A stretch of DNA of 64,000 nt, taken from a virus (lineage: Duplodnaviria; Caudoviricetes). The stretch is taken from the IMG/VR virus record IMGVR_UViG_3300046005_001569, positions 1,729 through 65,728 of that record, one strand, 5' to 3'. A program made the position numbers and the translations under genes. Below are positions 51,569 to 63,500 of the stretch, in pieces; position 1 is the stretch's first letter, and the number at the start of each line of letters is the position of its first letter. The notes below the pieces were generated by a model. It had not been told where the DNA came from, made no database searches, and saw only the letters and a program-made list of their open reading frames with translations.

Positions 51569-54500
51569 TTATCGTGCATACATTGCGTTAAATCTCGCTA
51601 AAAGCTGACGTTCCTGCGCTTCAATTGATGCCGTGCTGCTGCCATTGGCTCGCGCTATGTCCTCGCGGTCGCGTAATGCCTGCAACTGTTTCTTTGTTGC
51701 TGTGACCTGCTTATTAAGTGCAATCAATTTTCCTTTTTCGGCGTAAAGCTCTCTAAACTCCGTCGCGTTACGTTCTTTTTTATAAGCCTGCAACTGTTCA
51801 ACTACTTTCGTCACATCGTCGGACTGAGCATAAAATCTGCGTCTGTAATCGTCAATTGATTCACTCTTATAAAACGATTTCATAATCGGCGTATTTTCGA
51901 GTTTAAACGCCTCGTCGTTGAATGGAGTTGTCGTTAGTGCGCTTGCATCGGTCAAGAATCTACCCGCGCCTCCAGCAATGTAGTTGATAGTGTTCTTGAT
52001 TGTTTCGGGGCTAACATCAATCCAGCCACTTGTCGCACTATCACCGCCTGTAATCGAGTTCAAGCCTTTTGCTATGTCCTCGTAACCTGTCCCGCGTGTT
52101 TTTCTGTAAATCTTTTCACTGTCTGGCTGGTTCGGCTTGAATGGTGACACGGGCATTAAAGGCGTACCAAACGCGCCCTTGTTCACTGTTGGCATAACAA
52201 ACGGTTTTGTTACAGTCGGTGCAAAAGCTACGAGCGCGTTATCACTTGAAAACTCCCCGTTTGGAATGGGGTTGCCAATTGGTGAGAAATTCCCCAAGAA
52301 CGACGATGTAAGTTTTTTACTGATTTTTTCAGCGTCGCCGCCGTTTGCGATTTGTGCAAAGGCTCTGCCAATGTCTTTAAAGAAACTCCAGCCGTAGGCA
52401 ACTGGTATTGTAATTCGCGTGCCGCCGCCTATGTCGATGCTAATGTTGCGTTCTTTTTCGTAATCACTAACTAAATCGTCCTCTCCGTCATCACCGCCCA
52501 TCATTGCTGCCATAAACGAAAGCGTAACAATTCCCCCGACAATTCCCCACGCTTGCCCTTTATAATTCGATTCGGTCAACGTTTTAAAAATGTTCGCCGT
52601 TCCTTGTATGTTGGCGTTAGCAAAAAGATACATTGCGCCTAGCTGCTGACCAAGTTCACCGCGTTTCGTGAAATTAACCGTTACATTAGATGATAGGCTT
52701 GCGGCTTGCATATCGCTGTAACCGCTATCAACGGCAGCTTTAAACGTGGCTAAACGGGTTGCGCCTTCAAAGGCGGTATTTAAGTGTTCAATCAAATCAA
52801 ATAAACGATTGTTCAACACGCTAAACGCGGCGGACTGCATCGCCTTTTTATATTCACCTGCTTTTATCAGCGATTGGAATGTTTCCCCGCCGTGTCGTGC
52901 TAATGCGTGGTGCAAGTCGTCCCCTGCTTTTTCCAAACTTGAAATATAAGCTGTTCCAATACTGCCGCCACTTTCACGATAACGCTTTAAAATGTCGCGT
53001 TCTTCTGCTGTCAATTTGCTTTCTGTTTCTGTGGCATGACGCGCCATTGTTGCCCACGAACTGCGCCAATTTTTCATCGCCTTCGCGGCTAACTTCACGC
53101 CGCCTTCACCTGTCAAAACCACTGCGGCGGTTTGAATATCTCGAATCGGGTTGATTAAGAAAAAAGCAGGGTTCTTTTGTGTCCACATTTGACGCAAATA
53201 TCGGTTTAATTCTGCTGACGCGGCAAAAACGCCGTTCAAGTTCGATTCTCCCAAACGGTTGTAAGACTGTAAAAGTAGGTCATCATTAAGCTGTATTCTG
53301 ACTTCTTTACCGTCGCGCAAAAAACGTATTTCTGTTTCTGCGTCAAAAGGTGCTGGCGTTGATGTAACTTGCGTTACCAGTTTTTTCTTGATTTTTACGT
53401 TTGCGCCGTCCATTGCGTGTTCGATTTCGTCTTTTCTTAAAATAGCTTCGTCCATCGAATCAACAACGGCATATTCTTCACCGTCTGCGGCATCAACAAG
53501 GGCGAACTTTAATTTTTTACCCGCCACTGGCTTCAGCGGTATCTTTTGAACCGTGCCAATGGTGTCGGGGTTGTCGTTGATTAACTTTTCAACAACTGCC
53601 CCGACTTCCGCCTTGCCTTGCCAAACAATAGCCCTTTCGTGGTCGCGGATAATGTTCTCTAAAATCTGCCCTGCTCTCGATTCACGACCTAGCGCACGCT
53701 TACCGAATTTTTTGGCAGTTGAATTGCCTAAGCCGTTTCCGTTTCCGCGATTGCCTTTTTCGTCTAACACTTCAAAACCTTTCAACGGCACATAGCTTTT
53801 GTAAGTATCTTTATATCGGGCAGCTTCTTCGCTACTAATTGCGCCTGACTGCTCCAACAATTGTGCGGTTTGCTGCGTAATAGCTTGAAAGTCTTTTGCA
53901 ATCGCTTCAAACGTGGCGTAATCCGCGCCATATTTCGCTTTGAGTTTTTGAATCTCAAGTTTTGCATCGGCATCCGTCATGCCTGAACCGTTGCCATTTT
54001 TAAAACGCGGGTTAATTTTCTGCATTTCGGCGTTACGTTCTGGGGCGTGCATCGCATAAAGCAGCGTAGCAATGTCATCAAAATTTGTTTTAGCACGCGC
54101 CACACGCTCAATTAACGGGTTCAATGTTTCGCGTTTAAAATCCGTAATCCGTTCTGCGGCAATATGCGGCATTCTTTCAAGAGCATCATAAACGTTATTG
54201 CTTTCGTTAATTTTGCCGCCCATTGCTTTAATGGTGTTAATTGCCGTTGTCCATCGGTTGTGCATATCCTGCCATAAACGTTGCTGTTTCTGCGGCATCG
54301 TTTCTTCTGGAATTTCAAAGTCATTCGACGGCTGCGTTTTGCTGAATTTAACCGTTTCACTATTGATTAAATCTTTTTCAGTTATATAATTGTACTTAGA
54401 GCCTTGTTTGGGAAAAGCACCCATCGGGTATTGTACCCTTTCTGATTGCGCCCATTTTCGGCTCTTTTCTTCGTTTATATATCTTGCATTACCATTTTTA

Positions 54501-57500
54501 GCCAAATTTACAAAATAGCTGCTATCTTTTCTGCCATAAACACTAGCAATTCTATTTACCGATACATAGTTCACTTGTTTATCAAGATGCAATGAAATCA
54601 TTACAGGTCTGTTACTACTATCCTTGTATTCACTTAGAATAATTAAACCTCCATCTTTGCTTGGTGAATCTAAAACCATAACTGGATTGGCTAAAATATC
54701 GGGGATTTTTTCGATTACGCTCATTGGCGTATCATGCCCTTCTTTTTTTAAATTGGTCGCTTTCAACACAGTGTCTTTGCTAATAATAATCGGCAAATTC
54801 GGTACACCAACGGCTTTTAAAATATAAGATGGTTCTTCGCTAACTGTAATAGGTTGCGGTCTACTAACTAAGCTATTGTTCATCAGCTTATCTAACGCCG
54901 CTTTAAACTTCGCCGCCTGTTCAGCAATCGGTTTGAAAATATCACTAACCGTTGTTTTACTCGCAAGCAAATTCGCACTGTCCTCCTCATCGGGGTCGAA
55001 TGCCGCAAAAATTGAACGGATATTTTCTGGTTGGTATGCAATGAAGTTTAATGTGTCCTGCTCTGTGGCATAAGCACCTTCAAAACCACGATATTCGTAA
55101 AAATCAGTACCATCTAACTTACGTTTTAAATCATGTTCGATAATCCCCCAGTAGCCTCTCTCTAAGTCTTTAAGAAGCTCTAGCTTGTTGTGTGCATCAT
55201 ATTTTGGGTTTGCATCTGTTGGGTGTTCTTTCCAGTAGTCCATAAGCCATTCTGCGGCTTCATTAAGATGCTTTTTATTTCTAAAGTCGAATGCGTTTTT
55301 TGTTTTAATGAAAACAGGTAAAACGTGAGAAGTACCGTTTTCTTTTCCTTCAACAGAATTTGCATAGCGACTAGCGAAATCTGGGCTTGATGAAAAAGAT
55401 ATTGATTCGTCACCACTTGTTCTACGTTTTTCGTACTGACGTTGTGCGTGTTTGCTAAACTCATTAAACGCTTTGTTTGATGTTCCGTGATACCACTTCT
55501 GCTCAACATCAAAGCCCATATCCTTAGCTCGCTGCATTCTCGCTGCGTGTGACATATCAAGACCTTTCGCAACAGCATTTAACCATTCTTTAGCCTCTCC
55601 AGCATCTTTACCTTTGTAGCCTTCTTTGCTTGCCTTTACGATTGCTTCACTGTCTGTCGGGTCGTTAAAAATCAACTCATCTGGTGCTTTTCTCAACGCT
55701 TCACGCGCCATTTCGTGCAATTCTGCTGGGTCAAATTGGTAATTGCCCGTTAATTTAGCAATCATTTTTTTGAACCACGCAACGATTCTATCGGTCAATT
55801 TGTGCTTAGGATTCTTCTCTACAAAATAGCCTAATGCTTCTTCTGTCATGTTTTCGGCAGACGTTCCAGCGCGTTCAGCGGCGGCAAACGCCTCATCAAC
55901 AGCGGCATTCTTACCGCGCATAGCTTCAATTTGTTTGAGAATTGATTGAAAACCTGCATCGTCTTTACCCATTTTAAGCGCGTGTACGCCGATTTCGTGT
56001 TTTAACAATCCAATCAAATCCGTTTTCGCTGCAATACCATCTGCGACAAAATAGGTCGTTCCATTGTGATAAAACGCTTGCACGCCTGTTTCACTTGTGA
56101 ACGCCTTAACTTCATTGCTATCAATGATTTTGAACTTACCTGTCGCAATCAAGCGATTAAACCAGCCCTTACCAAACGCACTATCAGCGGCATTTTTTAA
56201 CGCCGATTCAAGCGATTCTTTTGTATAAGCGTTGGCGTTTGATTGAGTTTTACTTGGGTTTATTCTCGCGCCACGCCCTGACTGAGCATGAAAATCGGCT
56301 AACTGCTCATCTTTTGATTTGCCGCCGATTAAATCAACAACAGGCTTTGAATCGACTATACGCTTGAATGTGTCGTTGTTGTCTGTGGGAATAAAGAAAC
56401 GGTCTACCCATGCAATGCGCTCATGGAAAACGCCCTGCGATTTTAAGATGGCTTGCTCTGGCGTAGAAAACCCGCTTGTCTTAGTTGGCTTAATTTCAAT
56501 ACGCTTTTCGCCGTTCACAGTGGCGGTGAAAATCTCCCAGCCGTTAGCGAGTACAGCTTTTGCGCCGCTTCTGATTTGCTTCAACATTTCAACAGGCGTT
56601 AATTTTGCCGCGCTCGAATCAAGCCCTAAATTTTTCAAAATTGCAGCCGAATCTTTTGCAGATACCATGCGCCCCAACAATTGCTCGCCGTCGTCGGTTT
56701 GCATTCGCATGATTTTTTCTGAACCTTGTAACCTATCCCAAATCGGCAAAATAACGCCAACAATCATGCGTTCCGTTTTGGTTTCTGTTTTGGGGGCTGC
56801 GGCTATTTGCGCCTCCCACATAGCTTTTGCATCGGCTTCGTCAATCTGCTTTGATATTTCGATTTTTTCTACTCTTTTAGTCGTTGCGTTCCATTCGTTT
56901 TTAAAGCCCTGTTTCAATATATCTGCGCTATCAATGTAAGACGGTGAACCCTGACGAATGCCATATAACGCGCCACGATGCACTTCTTGACCTTGTGCGT
57001 TTAAGCGAGTGCCATTATCTGAAAGCAAAATAATCTGCCCTGCTCTCACGCCTCGCGTTAATTGATAAAAGCCACCGTATTTATTGCTCTTTTTGAGCAT
57101 ATCAATCGTTTGTTTTACCTGATTCCAATCGGAATAATTCACGTCATTTTCAACACTTAATTCAACGTAACGGGTCGTCGCGCCTGTTTTTGAATCAGTA
57201 TGTGCAACATCGTCGCGGGTCTTTTTAATGCTGTTAGCTTTTAATGTTTGCACGCCTTCATCATAAGTGCCGCGCTGTTTTGCATATTCAACAGCGTCGT
57301 TAATGCGCTCCTCAAATTCTTCAAAAACTTGGTCTTGTCGTGTATCGGTAAGCGATAACAAACGATTCAAAAACTGCGGGATTGTCGGGATTTTACTTTC
57401 GCTAAAATTGCCGTCTGAATCGAATAAATTTAGCCCTAACTCCGTTGCTGTTTCGTGAAAATTTAACTGTGTTCTGCCTACATACATATCTTTAAATAAG

Positions 57501-60500
57501 ACGTGCAACGCCTCTAAAGCGTAATCGCTCTCAAGGTTATCTGCGGCGGTGAACATACCTTGACTTGTTGTCTGGCGTTGTCCTTTTGTCATTGCGCCCA
57601 ATTGGTCAAGACGACGCGCGATTGACGACACGAAACGTTTTTGCGCTTTTAAATGCGTCATTGGCAAAACGTAATGCGGTGGCTGTGCTTGGTTTGAACG
57701 ATGTGAACGCCCAAAACCTTGAACGGCAGCATCGGCTTTCCAACCTGCTTGCATGATGTAATGAATGCGTTTGCGTTTATTTACGGCGGTGTTATCGGCG
57801 TGAAAGCTATAACCCGTACCGCCTGCACCTGAGAAAATAAGAATTTTCTTTTTATCGTCTTGGTAGGCTTTCGCGTCGGCTTGTGACGATGTTTTTGAGC
57901 GTTTTTGTTCAACAACTTTGATTTCGCCGTCGTCGTTACGAGTTTGAACAAATCGCCGTCCCCGTCCTGTTACTTCGGCAACTGCATCAGTACCAAACGC
58001 ATTGATGATTGAATCAATGGGGTTTTCTGGTACGCGAATTTGTTGCAATGTATTGAGCAAATTGTCACGCATAGCAATCGCTTCTTTGTCGAAAACAGGA
58101 TTGCCGTTTGAATCTCTAACGGGTACTTTATGAAGATTACCTCCCTCATCTTCCATGTCTTGATATGCTTGAACAGGAAAGCTATTGCGAATGTAAGACA
58201 TAAGCATTTCACGCGGCGTAAAATCTAAATCTTCTAAATCTGTGCCGTCGGATTTTGCCTGTGCGACCATTCTTTCTTGCGTTGCTTCATTGGTGTTCAC
58301 GATTTGAACCAAAACAGCCTCGCCGTTATCAAGGCGTTTTTGAATGTCATCAATCACGGCAGGCGTTTGCAATGCAGTGATAACCTGTGAAAAGAAACGT
58401 TGTTGACTGCCCCAAAATGCTGACATTGCGCTACTTTTTGCCGCGCCATTTTCTGCTCCACCTGTTTTTTCAAGTGCTGCATTCACGTTTTGTAAAACCG
58501 TCTGCCACGCCTTTGCAAGTTCGTTGTAAATATCAATTTGCAATGGTGTCATCTGTGCGTCTAAGCGTTCATAAGACACGCCGTCATAAGAAATTGAACG
58601 GCTGATATACATACCTAACGCTTTCATATCTCGGCTGACAAGTTCCATTGCCGCAATGCCGCCTTGCGATACCTTTTGAATAAAGTCCTTACTGTTTGCA
58701 AATGGTGTACCTTCGCCCCACAAACCTAAGCGCGTTGCATACGCAAGGTTGCTAAGTTCGGTTGCGCCCGTTGCTGACACATAAACGATTCGCGCTTTTG
58801 GCAGTGCTTTTTGTAAATTGATACCCGCGATTGCTTGTTGTGACGGCTTGCTTGTCCCGCGCTTACCTTTAATTGGTTCGGCATTACCCATTTTGTGCGC
58901 TTCATCAAAGGCAATTACGCCGTCAAAATCAGCACCTAACCAGTTAATAATTTGTTCTAAACGCGATTGACCTTTTTCTTGTCCTAAGTCGTTTGCTTGT
59001 TGTTTGCTGCCGCTGGCAACGGTTGTATAAGAAGTGAATAAAATACCGTCTTTGGCTTGAATGCTATCTTTTGGCTTGGTCTTTCCCTGAAAAAAGATTT
59101 TGTCAGAATTTCCACCCACGCCTTCATAATCGCGTTTAGCGTCATTCATCAAACCTTCATTAAACGATACCCAAACAGCTTTTTTCTTGCCTTGATTCAT
59201 GTTATCAAGGATAACGCCTGAAATTTCGCGCCCTTTACCAACACCTGTATTGTCGCCAATAAAGAAACCTTTGCGTTCACCATTTGGCAAAATTTCACTG
59301 TGCGCTTGCCCTGCATAAACAACTGCCTCTAATTGCGCGATTGATAGCTTGCCTTCGGTGATAACTTCTTTCGGTAAAGTTGGTGAATACGTCGGCGTAG
59401 GGGGTTCAACGGCTGCCATTGCCGCCGATTGAACTAATTGCGCTGGGTGCGGTTTTGCACCTGCAATATGAAGTTTTTGCGGGGTGTAATTCGAGAAAAT
59501 TGAATCAGTGAAATCGTCATTAGATTTATTTTCAGTTGCACTAATGTCTAGCGTATCTTTTTTATCATTGGTATTAGTGCTGGTGTTTGTTGTTCCGATG
59601 CCTGTGAAAAGCTCTTTTGAGAATTTCACCCACGCTACAACGTTATTGCCGTAGTGTTCCCCGTTACTTGTTTTGAGAACTTCTGACTTGTCGCCATTTA
59701 TAACAGCGTGATAGCCAACCCTCTCTCCATCGAGCGTTGTTAAATTACCCTGCTTATCAACGGCTGCGTTGTATTTGCTTATTTGCTTGTTTATGCTCTT
59801 TAAAACATCAGCATCTATCTCACTAGAACCGTCTGATTGCCTTTCATTTGCAGGTTGTTTAGTGTTTCCTGCAATATCTCCGCTGCTGCTTCCGCTACCT
59901 GCGTTGGTAGCTTTATTGTCGCTAGAGCTGTTTGCTCCTCCTTGTTTCCGACCATTATCTTCATTGCCGTTTCTGGTTTCCTCATCAGTTGATTCAGCCA
60001 ATCCATTGTCAGCGTTGAATCCTCCCCGTCTATCGTTATTAGGTTTTTGTCCAGTGCTTGAATCACTAGCATTAACGCCGCTATTTCCGTTTTCGGATTG
60101 AATTGTATTTTGTTGGCTTTGAGAATTTTTGCCGCCTGTTTGTTGAGCGGGTGTAAATTGACGTTCATTTCTTATGCTCTCCAAAAGTGCAGGTAATTCG
60201 GCAACTGATTCAACTTTGCCCGTTAAAATTGGCTGCGTTGTCGCGCCTGTTTTGTCAAAAACTAAAATCTGATTATCAAACGTTGTGCCGTATTTTGCAT
60301 ATTCTTTGCCCGATATGCCAATGTTTGCACGCACGTTGTACTTTTTGCTTATATCGTTCCACCAATTTTTAAATGCGGGTCTATCCGCTGCCATTCCATT
60401 GCCGACAATCGCAACTAAACGCCCACCATCTTGCAAACGTGCTAACGCTTGTTCAATGTGTTTCGCGCCGTTCATGGTGTTGTTTTTACTGGTTGTTGCT

Positions 60501-63500
60501 GACGATGAAAAAGGCGGATTCATAACGACAACGGTAGGGATGGCATCGTTAGGCAATACGTTATTTAGCTGTTCGCCGTTCTCTTTGAACAGTTGCGCTT
60601 TAGGAAATAACGCTCGCAAAATCTCTAATCGACGCGGTGAAATTTCATTAAGTAGGATTTTTGCGCCTGCAATTTTTGACCAAATCGCTAAGTCGCCCGT
60701 GCCTGCACTGGGTTCAAGCATCGTATCTTTATCGGTAACATTTGCCACCCAATTTGCCACAAATGAAAGTGCTGGTGGTGTACTAAATTGTTGCAGGTTA
60801 TCTTTTTCTGCATCGCGTACCGTTTGCGTTGGCAAGGCTTGAATCCGCTTTGTAAGCTCCTTCACTTTTATTTTTGCTTCGTGAGCGTCAAATTTAGTCC
60901 AATCCTTACCTGACCTTCCCTCTGTTTGTTGCAGGTGCAAATTAAACGCTGCCTCAAGCGCGTCCGTTGCATCGTTTGTTGAATACGCGCCTTGTGCTTG
61001 TGTTCCGCCGAATGCGTCTTTGGCTAAATCGTGAAGCGTTTTTTTATCAATCGCGCCTTCTTTATTACCCAATTCCATTGTGAGTGAACCGACTAATTTT
61101 ACGGATGGAATATCTCCTTTTGGCTGTTCCGTATTACTTGTATTTGAAATACGAGCAATCTTTTCAGTCGGTTCTTCCTTGCCTTTAATCTCTGCAATCG
61201 TTTTTGGTGTCCAATGTAAATCGAGTTCAACTTTGTTGTCTGTCGCTAATTCAACAAGTGAAATGTAACCCATTTCGCCAAAACCATCGTGGAAGTCTGC
61301 GTAACCAAACGCTTGATGTTGCGTTGTATTTTTATCTTTTTCTGTAATGTACCAATCTTGGCTACCTGTGAAGTAGTGCAAATGTGCAACGGCTTTGTCA
61401 CCTAAACCGTCTTGCTCATACGTTTTTGGCATTTCATTAAATTGCTTTGCAAGGTCGATAATCAGGTTTTTAAAATGCAATCCTTCTTCGCCGCGTGTTG
61501 CGCTGCCAATGGTGTCAATTTGATGTATTGGCACAAATGCTCTAATTGCTTTTACCGCGCTTAAAACTTCGTCGCTTGTTGGTGATTTGGTTTCTGGTGT
61601 GTCTGTGGCTGCGTCTTTGGCGGCTTTCGATTCGGACTGCTCTTTTAGATACTCTGCCTCTTTTTTATACAATTTAAAGTTTGAAACATCAAAGTGTGCG
61701 CCTTTTCCAGCTACTTTTATTGAGTTGCTAACACCATTTCTATGCTCAACTCTAAGTGGTTCAGTGCCAAAAATATCTCTATCTCTTATTGCGACAACAT
61801 AATCACCTATCGCCAAATCCTCAAGTTTTAATGGTGCTTCCTTCTCAGTTGTCGAGTTTTTCTCGGTATCTGCTTTTGCTTCAAACAGTTTTTTCAATTC
61901 TGCTTTCACTGTATCTGGGCTGTCCATGTCATCAACATTTTCGCCAAAATCTTCAAGCATATCGCGTGCGCCGTTGTACCAAGAACGCAAGAACGGCTTT
62001 AATTTGTCTAATGACGTATCAAGGTCGCTCGCTAACTGTTGTGCCAAATCAGCAAATTTTCTCACGCCTGCTTCAATGTGAAATACGGCAAGCTCTGTAC
62101 CCATTGCAACCATTTCAGGGTCGATACCTGAGTTTAACTGCCCTAATTTTGCCTTTAATTTTGCGCGTAATTCATCAGCGCGGGATTGAGTGACGTATTT
62201 GTTGCTTGCGCCGTAATCGGCTGGTTTTTCTAACTTGTCGATTTTTTCATCTTTTTTCGACACATCATCGGCAACCTGTTTATTTTTTGGCGTTTTTTCG
62301 ACGGGTTTAGAATCTGCCATCGTCCAAGAGCCTGAATTAAGGCTTTCTTTGATTGATTCCGCGCTTTTGGGTGCTAATGCCGTGCCGTCGCTAAATTCTA
62401 CGCCATACAAACCATCTTCTTTTTGCGTTACGCGCAAGGTTTTTCCAAGCTGATTTGTTACGCTAAACGATGCTGGAAGGTCGTTATTTTTTGTACTTGG
62501 TGCTTGCTGTGTAGAATCTAAAGGGACGTTCAGGTTTGTATCTACGGGTGTGTTTTGTTGCTGGTTATGCTGATTTTTAGTTTTAATCAAGAATGCAGCC
62601 AAATCTCCGATAGCACTATTCGCTCTTGGATTCATTGATGGATACCAGCCGCCATTATGTTCTTCTGAGTTATAACCTAATGACGGTATGGACACTCTTG
62701 AAGCACCATTTCTTCCACTTCCTGACGTACTGATTTTTGTTTTTTCTTTATCCTTATAAATAGCAGTCGCTTCATTTACTTCATTTGGATAATTTTTAGA
62801 TAGCAAATCAAGTCTTACATTATCTTTGTGTGTTTCATACTGAGTGAATGTTTTTAAATCGCCTTTAATATCACGGTCTTTATATTCTTCATCAGCTACC
62901 CTAGCAGATTCCGCATAGATTTCTTTTAGCGATAATTGGTTTTGCGTCAAAGTGTTGCCTACCACACCCTGCGTAACAGGCTTATCTGCTAAATGTTTTT
63001 CAAAATCCTTGATTGCTTTAAGCGGGTCGGTTTTATTCGCGCCATCTTTGTATGTTGTTTTAACGCCTGTCGCCTTGCCATTTTTAACCTTAAATGTCGC
63101 TAGAATCGCGCCGTCTTTGGCTCTAACGGTATGCACACCTTCATCTGCTGCATCGTCGGCGACGGTGTAAGTGTTGTTTTTTACCTGCGTTGTGAACTTT
63201 TCAGGCGCAACACTATTTTCGGAATTTTGTACAGGCACAGAATTTTCATTTTTTTGTGCCGCTTCTGCTCGTTGTTGTTCAAGAAGGTCGTCCAAAGTAA
63301 AACTTTTTTTCGGTGGCAGCGAATTTTCATTTTTTGCTGCCTGTACATTTGGTACAGCAACAAAACTACCGTCGTCTTGTTTGACGGCGGTGTGGGTTTC
63401 GGTCAAGCCTTGTTTTTTTAACGCGCCACGCGCTGCAACAAACGATGTAACAGGTTTGCCGTTGGTGTTTAAAATTGGCGTAGATGTAGCGTTCTGTTCC

